Assembly (NCBI RefSeq): GCF_018350175.1
Contig: NC_058368.1
Span: 188,854,001 to 188,918,000 of the forward strand
Length of the DNA: 64,000 nt
DNA from: Felis catus
Lineage: Eukaryota
Direction of reading: 5' to 3'
Below, one piece after another: positions 1 through 11,855 of the stretch. The position numbers were made by a program, and so were the translations under genes. The notes below the pieces were generated by a model. That model was not told where the DNA came from and did no database searches. It saw nothing but the letters and a program-made list of their open reading frames with translations. Within the stretch, counting starts at the first letter, position 1; each line of letters begins with the position of its first letter.

Positions 1-1428
1 TACACCCCCATTGAGACAAGTACAGCCCAGCGTAGTTAAATGAACCCTGAGCCAACAGCAGGTGCTTTCCAAGCAAATATCTAGGTCATTCTGTGAATGT
101 TCTTTATAGTTAAATAGACCCTGGAGGTGAAACTGTCATTACTCACCCACTAGAGACGTCAACTTGGAAAAATAGAAGAGAGAGCAGTTTCCTGTCTGTG
201 AAAGCATATGGAAATGGTGATAGAGTTCAGGTTTGGCTATATTTATTAAACATTATTGATGCAGAACCACTTCATACTATGTCAGAGTAAAATAAATTGG
301 ATAACAATGGGATGGCAGCATCATCTAATCTAATATCAGTGTTGCTTAGTGGTTACATTTTAGCTGCCAACTTGGGTGCATGGAGTGGGTTCTGAGACTC
401 TCAACTCCCAGTAGTTCTAGCTAAGGATTAGAGCAGGAGTAGTTGGTATACTGTCCTACTTGAGGCACTCCCAGGTCAGGACAAGGTACAGTGGGGTGAG
501 TGAAATGATTTGCTCATACTGTATGCTATCATAGGTAAAAATGCCTTGTTTCTTGAGGTTGTTGTGGTAGTTAGGGATTGTAGGTTGGTTTTAGGAGAGA
601 TAGAGGAAAAGATGGGTCTTCTTTTCTTCTTTCCCTTTTCACCCTGAGGATTATGGCCAATTTAATAAAATCTCTATCTTCATGAAACACTTTTTGTTAA
701 TCATCTTGTTGTAACTAGAAAACTGCCAGGCTGGTTAGAGATAGAATGAAATGGTTATGTCTCTGACCTCTGGGGGCTGACAGCTTTAGTTAGTAATACT
801 GAGTTAGGCATGAAACACACAAAGATGAATGAGCAAGACTGAACGTAAAAGAGTAAATTAAAGAAGTTCCAAGCATTTTGTATAAATGGGTGTTGCATTT
901 AGTTTTGGCATTCAGTGATTTAATGAAAGGGAGGAGATTTGTAGAGGTTCCTTGTTCAGATGAGTGACTCATTGAAGAAAGTTTGCTGGGAGTTGCTGGG
1001 ATTTCAGGATGTGCTTTTGATGACTGAAGATAGAAGGGGGCCTACAGTTCTTAGAAGAAGGAAATTCTCTTTGCTGGGCTAAAAGCACCCACTCCAGCTC
1101 CTCCCCTGGGTATATGGGCATTATATTAAAATATTGGGGTTTAATATTTCTTTTGAATGTAAACCTCTGGATCAACAGGAGCTAATTGGAATTGGAATTT
1201 TGTAGATTACTTGAGGAGAGCAGTGTTCCTTTTGGGGCCACAAATTGGACTTTATAATATCCTTATTAAATCACTGCAACAAGCTTCAGCAAGCTTTGTT
1301 TGAGGGGCATTCCAGGACTCTACAAAATCCAGCATGAATTACTGTGGTGTGCATCTAGAGAAGAGGGAGCTCACATTCTCCAGGTCTTTACATAAACCAC
1401 AAATGCCTTTTATTCAGAGAAACATTTA

Positions 1429-2726
1429 TTTATTTAAAATATTTTCAGTTTATTAAAACCAAAAACACCCCCACTTCACACCACTTTCCCCCCACAAACC
1501 TCTCGGAACTACTAATCTGTTCTCCATCTATGAGCTTGGCTTTATGTTTTATGTTGGTGGTGGTTGTTTTTTTTTTTTTTCTAGATTCCACGTGTAAGAG
1601 AGATCATACCATATTTGTCTTTCTCTGTCTGACTCACTTCATTTAGCACAATGTCCTCAAGGTCCATCCATGTTGCCGCCAGTGGCAAGATATCATTTTA
1701 TTCTAAGACTGAATGATATTCCATTGAATATATATACTACAGTTTGTTTGTTTTTTTTAATCCATTCACATATTGGTGGACACTTAGGTTGTTTCCATAT
1801 CTTAACTATTGGATATAATGTTACAATGAATATGGGCTATGTATATGCTTTCAAATTAGTGTTTTCATTTTCTAAAGATAAGTACACAGAATGGAATTGC
1901 TTGACTATATGGTAGTTTTATTTTTAATTTTTTTGAGGAATCTCCATACTGTTTTCATAGTGGTTACACCAATTTATGTTCCCACCAACAGTACACAAGG
2001 GCTTTTTTCCCCTCCATATCCTCACCAACACTTATTTCTTGTCTCTTTGGTAATCACTGTTCTAACAGGTGTGAGGTGATATTTTATTTTGGTTTTGATT
2101 GGCATTTCCCTGGTGATTAATGATGTTAGACATCTTTTCACATACCTGTTGGCTCTCTGTATGTCTTCTTTGGTAAAATGTCTATTGAGATCTGCCCATT
2201 TTTAAATTGAAATTTTTTTTTTTTTTGCTGTTGAGTTGTATGAGGTTTTTTCTTTTTTTGAACATTAACCCTTCATTACATACATGACTTGAAATTATTT
2301 TTGACCATTTTATTGATGATTTCCTTTGTTATGCAGAAGCATTTTTGTTTGATGTGGTCCTACTTGTTTATTTTTACTTTTGCTTTGATGTTGGATTTTT
2401 AAAAAATGTCTCCAAGAATTATGTCAAGGAGTTTGTTGCCTCTGTAGGAATTTTGTGGTCTCACATGTTACATTCAAGTCTTTATTAATCCATTTTGAGT
2501 TAATTTTTTTGTATGATGTAAGATAGTGGTCCAGTTTCATTATTTTATATACGGCTGTCCAATTTTTCCAACACCATTTATTGAAAAGACTATCCTTTCC
2601 CTACTGCACATTCTTGGCTCTTTTGTTACAAATTAATTGGTAATATATACATAAGTTTCTTTCTGTGCTCTATAGTCTGTTCTGTAGCTATGTGTCTGTT
2701 TTTATGACAATCCAAAATCATGTTTT
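1429..2726 (-). mobile_element. 5'-truncated LINE-1 (L1MA/L1_Carn-like): ORF2 C-terminal region plus 3' UTR, degenerate
   Basis: Typical antisense L1 text (tagattccac..., ttcccaccaacagt, ggtgtgaggtgata, ttttccaacaccatttattgaa). The minus strand near 2000-2100 reads like the ORF2 C-terminus (YHLTPVR...KCW) with stops. Candidate TSD gagaaaYattta at 1417-1428 and 2727-2738. Confidence 0.92.
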
Positions 2727-5703
2727 GAGAAATATTTAAAGATTGGAAAAAAAGATTACCAAGTATTTCTGAAATTGGTCTGAGGGCATGCATCAATTAA
2801 TTTTTTCTTTTAGCAAAGAAAATCCACATCTAAATAAAATATACAGTTTAAAAAATCATCTTTTCTGTAGAGATTAAGCATAACTGTTTCTTAAGTGTAG
2901 GACCTAATCTCACCAAAGTAATCGAAGCTCATGGTCTCCTTCAAATATTTTCCAAGCAAGAGGTATGTTTAGGATTTAATGGTGCCCCACTCCTCTCAAC
3001 ATATCTTTATGATTCTTCAGTTCCATGAATTTATAAGTACTATTAATGAAAGCTAAATGTGTCTTTTTCTAAGAGAAATATTGACAGAAGGTTATGCTTT
3101 TATCAAAGTTAGATCAACATGTAAAAGACATTTTAAAATTGTCATTACACTTAATGCTGGGATAATGCCTTTCACCTTTGGAAGGACTACTGCTTGGTGG
3201 GTGGCGACCCTGTTTCTGCTTGGAATGGTGAATATATATTTCCATTTTCTAGATTAGGACCCAGAGACCAAAGGAGGACAAATAAATTGTTGTTGGCTAG
3301 TTGTAATAAAATGTCAAACTTACTTCACAGCTCAATTAGGATGGTAATGCCTCCTCATTTAAAATGTATGCAATTGGGAAATTAGGAAGTATACATCTGA
3401 TTGTATTAGAAACCCTAAAATTTCTCTTCTAGTTCTGGCTCTGGTCTTTCCCCTGTTTCTTACCTAATCTGTAACTGCAAAAACCCTCATAATGCCCAGT
3501 GCCATTCTTCCTGAAGAGCAAGGTGTCAGAAGAGGGGTGAATTCTTTCTGACCCTACTGATGATCAGAGTGTGCCCTGAAGCATGAGTTTTGATTACCCT
3601 CAATTTAGTATGCATAACTTCAAATGGTCCTAATGGTCATAAAATTATCTGATCCTCTTTAATATGCAACCAGGGTTCTTGATGCTGTAGTAAACTGGAA
3701 TGTTTTTTCACATAAGTCCTTGTGTGGCATTTGTTTCTGTCTTCCAAAATAAAACACAAGAAACAAATAAAAATAAGACCAGGTTTAAAAACCACCACCC
3801 TAACTGGGGCATATTTTGGGGTTCCATCAGAAAGAAAATCCAATGCGGTGCAGTTTATGATGCATCCATACATTTCCCTTCTCACGTTTCTGTTGTCCTT
3901 TTTTTTTTTTTTGCTGCTGCCTATGAGTTTCATTTCCCATGTGCCATAATATTAATGTTTTTCCCTGCTGGCTTCCCAGCCCGGGGGTCATAGCTCGTGT
4001 TTCACAACACGAGACACCCAACCATAAATCTCCTTTAAATAATACAGACGGCAGGAGGGTCACTGTCGGGAGAGCCAGTCGGTCTGAACAAAGTGGCATT
4101 GATGCATGGCAAGCGGAACAGCTTGACCACAGCCCCGTTGGACAGGTAGAGTGTGGAGCAGCCTTTAGTTAAGGGGAGGGAGGCATGCACTCCGCATGGT
4201 TCCAAAGAGCCAACCAGTTCTGGTTCTCAGTAGGAGTTGGCGGCCAGTCACCAAGGTTTCCTGAGAATAATTACACCACCTCTTCCCTAGCTCCTGGCTG
4301 GAACACCTGATTAACAGAATTTGTGTTTGAAGGCGCAAACGCATCTCTTGGGGTATAAATCTCCATTTCTCAAGGCCTCTTAGCCTCATTTAAGACAAAG
4401 TTGTGAAGCGCCAGGGTGGAAGTAACAATGCACACCTGATTGGAATGCATGATGTGCTTGTGGTAAAGCTCTTTTCCTATTCGAGGACCCAGAATGGTTA
4501 ATTTAAGGAACCCAGAAAAGACTCAGCAAAACCTGAGCCTTGTAGCTGGGGTTGAGTTAGTGGAAGCCTCAACTTGCAGAAGAGCTCGATAATATGGGAC
4601 AGAAAGAGAGGGGGGGTGTAGCCAGGGATTCGTTTTGTAGACAAAAATTATGGTAACATATTGACACTCCTGGGCCAAAGTATCATGTTAGGATAATACG
4701 CCTGTGACTACAGCTTTTGTGAGCAGAGAATACATGTGCAAATATGTATAGCCGCACATAGAGAGAATATGGGCAGCATGTACGAAGCTAATTAGTCTGT
4801 GCATAAAGATAATATGGTGCATATGTGTGCATGTGTCACACTCCAGTAGTTTGGGAAATAATTGGCAAGTGTACAAGGTAATGTGTGTTGTAAGTAAAGA
4901 TGGGGCTAGTGAGAGGATGCACTGAATTTCCAATGACACGATTTTTCAGGATTTATGCATTGCTTATCTGTTGCCATATTCCAGCTCAGTTATTTTCATC
5001 TGCTTAAACTTGGTGATGGGGTGTTGGGGGGAAGATTAGCGTCTCATTTTCTTAATGTTTTCTTGGAACCTTCTTTTGCAATTAGTTAATCACACTTTTG
5101 ATAAAAGTCAATGTGGCTTCTAATTTCTCACTTACCTTACTCAACATAGTGATGTGGAGAGGGGTTTCCATTGAGGTGATTTCTAGAATCTATTGCCTAC
5201 CTGATAAATGCTTTGAGGACAAAAGAGTATACATCAAGTCAGGGAATGATTATGCTGGTTTTGGTTGGTTACACCTCTGATTATTTGAATTTTTCATATT
5301 GTTGACATTAATTGCTACTGTAAGGTAATAATTGCTAAAAAGATACACTTTTGGGTGATGATGGTGAGCTGATTCTGTTCTTTTTCATTTAAAATAACCA
5401 GTGATGTTGATTTCTCAATAATTCATTATGGAACCAGGAGACCCATGAGAATAGAAACAGAGTATGCCTTACTAATATATTTATAGTGTAATATATTTAC
5501 ATCCCTACCTTTTGCTTATATTCAGGAAATTTTGCTTTTTCAACCTATGCAGTTCTACATAGGACATCTCCAAAGATGAGTACATGTGTTACAAAATGAC
5601 TCTAAATGTTAATTGAGCATTTAATAGAATTTCAAAGTACATAAGCATTTTCTCATATTTTTAAGCTTTGTGCATAATTTTGGCTTTATCTTTTTACTTC
5701 ACT

Positions 5704-5763
5704 AATAAATGTATATTTGTAATTATTATAAAAAATAAATGTATATTTGTAATTATTATAAAA
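5704..5763. repeat. Perfect 30-bp tandem duplication
   Basis: aataaatgtatatttgtaattattataaaa at 5704-5733 and 5734-5763. Confidence 0.95.
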
Positions 5764-5944
5764 TCTACATATGTACATACATATGTTTATATTTGCTTCT
5801 GATTTTACATTTTACATATTTGGATGGCTTTTTAGACCTAAGAGAAGCATACAGATAGCATCCTGCATGTCTGTGCTATTTCTCTGTGAAGTCCTTCTCT
5901 CCTTATCTGATGTCCAACCCCCCCCCCCCCCGCCCTGCCAACTC

Positions 5945-6150
5945 TTTATCTGTCTGGATCCCCATTAGACTGACTGCTGGATGAAAGCAGGGATGATGTC
6001 TGTCTAGTTCGTCATTGTACCCCCAGTTTCTAGGCCTGTTTGCCTGAGGCTTTCTTGGTTTTAGCACCGAGAGTTCCAGCTCCAGGGAGTCCCCCAGATT
6101 CAGGATCTTAGCCCATAAGTGCTCATCAATGTTATCTAAATAAATGAGTT
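5945..6150 (+). mobile_element. L2 3' end fragment, interrupted by a MER81-like insert
   Basis: cccattagactg...agcagggatgatgtctg...ttgtacccccag...cataagtgctcatcaatg...taaatgag resembles the L2 3' terminus. Confidence 0.6.
6031..6110 (+). mobile_element. MER81-like hAT DNA transposon fragment
   Basis: gtttgcctgaggctttcttggttttagcaccgagagttcc resembles the MER81 core GTTTGCCCGGGACTTTCCCGGTTTTAGCACTGAAAGTCCC (recalled). Confidence 0.6.
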
Positions 6151-6389
6151 TCTTATCCTACAGAGGTTGCAGAGTTATGTGAGAGAAAAGCACACTCAGC
6201 TCCTGTTTAAAATTAGCCAGCATCATATGTCTATACAACATCTCCCCTGCCGATGGTAAAGGATGGAAGGGCAGGGACAGTGTCTTTTCTACTTCTTTGA
6301 ATTTCCCACAGTGCCCTAGAAACCCTTTTAAGATAGAACTCCGTCGCGTGCTAAATGGAATATAACCAAATAGCAGATTGTTCTGTAGT

Positions 6390-6580
6390 TTCAACTCAGA
6401 CTCTGATCCTTCTGGCTCCACAAGCCTGGGCAAGTTACTTACTCTATCATCTTTCTCCATTCTCCTCATTTGTAAAATGGGGATGATAACAGTATCTTCT
6501 TCACAGGGCCGGTGCCAGGATTCATGGAGACAAAGGACAGAGCACAGTGTTGGCTCTGTGACAGGTACTTGGCACATAAC
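6390..6580 (+). mobile_element. MIR SINE
   Basis: ctgggcaagttactt...ctcctcatttgtaaaatggggatgataacagta...tggcacata. Confidence 0.85.
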
Positions 6581-8224
6581 TGTTTCTCCTCCTTCCCTGC
6601 ACCCCCATCATCCTTCTCCAACCCATAACAAATACTCAGCATGTTCAGGTAGGTTGCAGCGTCTTTTTGGTGGCACGTCTTGTAAAACTGAACTTGAAGT
6701 TGTTTTTGTGTGGAATAGTTTGGCTGCAAAAAGAATACTTTTCTGTGTGTATGATTGGTCTCGAAAATGCCACATCTTTTTTGCCCAGAGTCTATTGACT
6801 TCTTTCTGCGTCGCTGGGGTTGGAAAGACAGGCAGCCTGCTTCCAAGCAAGCGATCTGTTACAGGTAGGATAGTGAAAACGTCACTTACAATATTCTGGT
6901 ATGGAATGGACATGAAACAACACCCAGACTGGCAAAGAGGGGAGCTTTGGGTAAAGCCATATTATATATTGATTGGGCTTTTCCCTCCCCCCCCCCCCCC
7001 CCATATTACTCTTCACATGGTGGCAAAGCTGGGACCTGGCTATGTCCAGGGAAAAGTTTCTATACTGTGGACCTCAAAGAGACTACAAGTATACTTGAGT
7101 GAAATGAAAAAATCAATCAGGAGTGATTTACAAAGAGCTCCTGTTGATGAAACCATATGTTTCATGGAAATAACCTCATAAAAATGACAACTTTATTTTG
7201 CTCCCCGCCTCTGTATCCCTGTATCCTTCCTGCTACCCACTAAATGGGAAAAGGGCAAAGGTTTCCTTACAGATTCCTTGTTTTCTTAATTTTTCCAGTG
7301 GCAAGCAGCAGAACAGAGAGGAAGTGTCACTGGAACGCCTTTACAACTTTAGTCATTAAATCCTCTTTGCCCCAGCCCCAGCCGTGTATATTTCAATAAT
7401 GAGCAAGAGAAATTGTTTTATGGCAGTTTCGTAAAAGCAGAAGACAAATGTTGCCCCTGTGCAAAGGAACTGAATGAACCAAATTCACTTTATGAACCAA
7501 ATTAGTAGCACAACATTTGGCTTTGTTCGAAAGGTGATATGCATTTATGGGCCCATTTCTCAGCAAGATAAATATGACACATGCCAAGATTTCCTTGAAG
7601 TAAATATTGTAAATAATAAAAGACTCTGCCAAGAAAAGCTAAGAAATGACTTAATCCTCACCCAGTCAGACTGTGATGCCAAAATGCTACTGTCCAAACT
7701 CTTGAACAAACTGCCCGTTTAATCAACTCATCTCATGATTAAGAGAGTGCAAGACCCTTTAATTTTCCAATAATAGTCAATATTCCTCAATTCTGGCTTT
7801 AAAAATATATTCACATAGGAGCTAGGGTGTTTTATGGCATAAGCAAATTTGATTACCAAGTCACAAAATATATTTTGAGGGCAGTTGGGAGTCACACGGT
7901 AGGAATGTTTATGTGAATAGGTGCAAATTGGGAGATTTTTACGGAAAGGAAACGCTATCACTCTAGACCTAACTCTGTAATCCTTATTTAGTTTCAGCTT
8001 ATTCCAGTTTGATTTCAGTTAAAGTTTTCTGCAGCAAAATGGGCTGAATGTATTTCTTCCCTCTGTGCAGATTTGCTTGTGAGAAGCTGGGGTAGTAAAG
8101 AGAGTACATTGAAATACTATGGTTAATATGAAAATTCACAGACCTGGCCAGTGCAAGCCATCTGTTTGGCCCTTCGGCATGCTATAACGGTTTCTGTAGC
8201 AGGGCCCACTGTTGTCTTAGTGCC

Positions 8225-8575
8225 GGAGAACAGGCAAATTTAAATGCTGTCTGAGCTGGGGATTTATATAAATGAACTGAATGGTAAGGTGTGAGAGAGG
8301 CATTAGGGAGTGGTAGGGACTGGCGTGAACTGGTGAGCATGTGCCCCGTCTGAGGGGGCAGTCTGTGCCGAGTCTCAGCTAATTATTGCCACAAGGGGAA
8401 GTGGACCTCGTGGTGCTGGAATATCTCATTTTTCAAGCAATTTGGAACATCTTGATTTTTTCTGTGAAAGCTCTCAATTTTTTAAATGCTGGCCAATAAA
8501 AAAAAAGTGAAACCAAAAACATTTTGTATCCCGAATAAGGCAAAGGCCACAAGCTCAGAGATTGTGACTTTTGCT
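8225..8575 (+). mobile_element. MER102-family hAT-Charlie fossil
   Basis: tagggagtggtagggactggcgtgaactgg...catgtgccccgtctgagggggcag...ctcagctaattattgccac...gattttttctgtgaaagctctcaattttttaaatgctgg matches the recalled MER102 consensus. Confidence 0.8.
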
Positions 8576-8654
8576 TTGTAGTTGAGGGCCTGAAGGAGGA
8601 CAAAACCAACATGCCACGATGCACAGCATTTAGGCAGAGATGAAGATGGCGGCC

Positions 8655-8865
8655 CACATTTGTTGAGGCCTCGCTGTGTGCCAGGCTCTGTCCTAAGCTG
8701 TGCGTGGTTTACCTCATTAGATCCTTCTACCCTGTTTCGAGTAGGCGCTATGGGTAGGTACGATTAAGGTTTCCTGTTTTATAGATGTGGAAACTGAGAC
8801 TCCAAAAGGCAGAGGTTGAGATGTGAACCTAAATCGGCTCTGTGAGCTCTTATGCACTATACTGA
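8655..8865 (-). mobile_element. MIR SINE
   Basis: catttgttgagg...tgtgtgccaggctctgtcctaag...ttttatagatgtggaaactgagactc. Confidence 0.85.
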
Positions 8866-8884
8866 ATTCCCTTGCCATGATTTG

Positions 8885-9128
8885 CTGGTGTGGCCCAACA
8901 GGAAATAAAATGGAATGGGGATCAGCAAGCCGGGATTTGGTTTTGTGTTTTGCCCTCTTTGTGTGAGCCTGGGTTCTTCATCTGACATTCTGAGCCTCCA
9001 TGTCTCACCTTATCAAATGGAGATTATACTGCCTGCCCCATTTTCCTCCCAGGGTGTGGGGGAAGGACTACACCAGGAATAAGTGCAGAGGAGCATAGAA
9101 AATTATGATGCGCTCTGTCAACACAAGT
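8885..9128 (+). mobile_element. MIR SINE (diverged)
   Basis: tgtgtgagcctggg...tctgagcctccatgtctcaccttatcaaatggagattata. Confidence 0.65.
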
Positions 9129-9358
9129 GGGGGGAATTGTGCTCATAATTAATCAGAGGATACAGAGAGGTGAGATTGTGAAGCTGCTGATTGTCTTTGG
9201 ATCAAATACAATTAAAAAACAATCCCTCCCTGACTCTTTGACTCAATAAAGTGTCTATTTGTAGAAGTGGCTTAAAACTGAACTCACTTTGAAAATTAAT
9301 CAGCCACCACTAATGGCTGGAAAGTTAGCAGACTGCATTTATTTTAAGTGAAAAGAGT

Positions 9359-9362
<4 letters not shown>

Positions 9363-9390
<28 letters not shown>
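9363..9390. repeat. (GA)n microsatellite
   Basis: About 14 GA units. Confidence 0.95.
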
Positions 9391-9393
<3 letters not shown>

Positions 9394-10394
9394 ACCTCCT
9401 GAACAGGAGTTAATAGTCCAAACCCTGCCTGTTGTCTGCCAGGCTTGTGACAGGGAGAACACAGCATGAAGGCCCCCTACTGCCAGGGCCTTCCATACCC
9501 CCTAATGAAGGGACTGCCCTTCAGAGGAGCCAGAGAGGGAGGCCATGGCTGGCCTGACTTGGAACTGTTAATTGATGCTGGCTTGTAGGAGAAACTCCTC
9601 CCAACCCAGACACAATGAGCATTTGAAGAGGAAGAGAGAAAAGAGACACACAACAAAGGTGCAGGGAAAATACCCCAAGGATGATGCAGAAAGCTGTTTA
9701 TGTATGTAGGCAGTGAGTAATCTTCTTATTTATAAATGAATGAGCTGACCTGGTGAAGGGGAGCTTTGTGGATTCTAATCACAATCCCACGTGACAGTGA
9801 CAGGCTTCCTCACTGAAGGGACTCTCTCACTGACAGCCAAGGCTCCTCATACCTGGGTCTCAACCCAATGATGGTGCTAATTTGCCCTCTGAACTTTCAT
9901 TACCTGAAGGTCCCAGCTCTTTGAACCTTCTTCGTTTCAGGAAAATGTCTTCTGTACATTCCAAATGCCTTTGTTTTTCCCTCTTCTCTTTCCCCTTTCA
10001 CTCTACTACCCCTCACTACCCCTTGCCTAGAACCTTTCCTCTCTCTAGGTTTTGGGTCAGACTGCTCCCCATTGGGAACCCTTGCCCACTCTTCCCTGCA
10101 AACCATCGTCTATCACTGGGGACCATGCTAAAATCTGCTCTGCTCCGTCAAGAAGCCTTTTTGGCCTTTTTGGCCTCTGACTGCTCCATTACTCAAGTTG
10201 GCTTAGGGTTTGGGTGTAGTGTAAGGTTCCATCAGTGCCCTTGCCTGACTAATTATTTTAGGGGTAGAATTTTGATTGCATCCTGTGGTTGTCTCTTTAA
10301 TTCGAGAGTCCTTCTTGTTAACTTCTGAGGAATTTCCTCTCCTTTCCCATAGAAATAAAATAATACATAGGCAGGCACTTTTTATTCTAAGCAA

Positions 10395-10640
10395 ATGGAG
10401 GACACTGCACTGTCAGGGTAAGAATGTCAATTGTAGAATTGGAAAACTTGGGTTTCAAGTCTCTTCTTTACTACTTAATGTTGATATAAAACTGGGGAAG
10501 TTACTATCTCTCTAAGCCTCTGTTTTCATGTCTTTAAAAAGTGGGCCAAAAGAATACCTAAATCATATACCTAGGTCAAGTACCTAACATATGCCTTGGT
10601 AAACTCCTAACAAATGTTAGCTATAATAATTATTATTATG
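10395..10640 (+). mobile_element. MIR SINE
   Basis: ttgggtttcaagtc...ggggaagttactatctctctaagcctctgttttcat...caaatgttagctat. Confidence 0.75.
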
Positions 10641-10664
10641 GTAAATGCTTCTTGACTGACTGAA

Positions 10665-10780
10665 TTTAGCACCAACACTTTCCCCTGGCATATAATTGGT
10701 AAATGTGCTTACTTAGTAAGTGTGGGATGTTGAATGAATGAATGGGTGAACAAATGATTGGATTAATGCATGAATTCACT
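10665..10780 (+). mobile_element. L2 3' tail
   Basis: cctggcatata...tgttgaatgaatgaatg tail. Confidence 0.55.
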
Positions 10781-10804
10781 TGGGCTAGAAGACACAGATA
10801 CAGT

Positions 10805-10985
10805 ACCTATTTGTTGTTGACTACCTACTGAGTAGCAGCTGGGCGTGTAGCCGTGAACAAGACAAACAATATCCCTGCTCTCATGGGCTTAAATCCTAGT
10901 GGAGACAGGCAGATAATAAGCAAGGTAAAGAAATAATCAAGGTAATTTTTCAGATGATAACTTTTAGTAGTGCTAGGTGAATATG
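10805..10985 (-). mobile_element. L2 fragment
   Basis: gccgtgaacaagacaaacaatatccctgctctcatgggcttaaatcctagtggagacag is the antisense L2 3' region. Confidence 0.8.
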
Positions 10986-11084
10986 GGGGATAATGGAACC
11001 AGCAGTATTTATCCCATGTGGGTAAAAGAGTGGGTGCAAAGTCCAAATGTCTAGTGAGATGAACAAGAGAAAGACTTGTTCTGA

Positions 11085-11330
11085 GTTACTCATAAGAGCA
11101 GGAACCAGAGCCAAGTGGTGGAAATTAACAAGGAATTTGAATTCAACTCTGATTAATTAAGACACTTCTAGAAGTGTAAGAGTAGCACAGATTGCCTTGA
11201 GGGCACCGAGTATGTCTTTAGAAGAGGACTACAAACAGAACCTGAGGGATACTCCCGGCATCGTTTGTGGGTTTGCTTTGGATAGTCTCTAAGATTCTTT
11301 CCAGTGCAAAGGTTTTAGAATTTTCTATTA
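11085..11330 (+). mobile_element. CR1/L3 3' fragment
   Basis: ggaaccagagccaagtggtggaaatta...gattgccttgagg...ggatagtctctaagattctttccag. Confidence 0.55.
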
Positions 11331-11391
11331 TCTAATTGATAGATGAGGATATCTCTTATCACCTTTTTCATATACTATCAGTAGCAACTGG

Positions 11392-11855
11392 GGAGGTGTT
11401 GTGGTAGAATGGAGAGAACACAGGCTTAGGGATCAGATAGACCACCGTTCAAATCCCAGGTTTACTACTTAGGATGTGTGGGGCCCTTTTTAACTTCTCT
11501 GAAGTTGACTTTCCTCCTCTGTAGAATGAGTAGATTCCTAACAATGATGTGAGGATTAGATTAACTAAGACACGGGGCGCCTGGGTGGCGCAGTCGGTTA
11601 AGCGTCCGACTTCAGCCAGGTCACGATCTCGCGGTCGGTGAGTTCGAGCCCCGCGTCAGGCTCTGGGCTGATGGCTGGGAGCCTGGAGCCTGTTTCCGAT
11701 TCTGTGTCTCCCTCTCTCTGCCCCTCCCCCGTTCATGCTCTGTCTCTCTCTGTCCCAAAAATAAATAAACGTTGAAAAAAAAATTAAAAAAAAAAAAAAA
11801 AAGATTAACTAAGACATGTTAAGTACCTGGCATAGTACCTGATGTCAAATAAACA
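11392..11855 (+). mobile_element. MIR SINE split by a Can-SINE insertion
   Basis: MIR 5' part (gttcaaatcccagg...ttaacttctctg...gtgaggatta) before 11573; 3' part (taagtacctggcatagtacctg) after 11816. Confidence 0.8.
11574..11801 (+). mobile_element. Can-SINE (felid SINEC_Fc-type), young, full length
   Basis: ggggcgcctgggtggcgcagtcggttaagcg head, gagttcgagcc B-box, CT-rich segment, aataaa and long A tail; perfect 15-bp TSD agattaactaagaca at 11558-11572 and 11802-11816. Confidence 0.98.

Noticed and set aside
2324..2338. SOX-OCT-like ctttgttatgcagaa
   Set aside because: Imperfect octamer lying within L1 sequence of similar consensus.
6378..7181. Longest ORF (267 aa)
   Set aside because: Non-ATG start, first part is MIR, poly-Pro comes from a C homopolymer, and there is no recognisable domain.
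11574..11655. tRNA-like sequence with A and B boxes
   Set aside because: It is the tRNA-derived head of a Can-SINE, not a tRNA gene.
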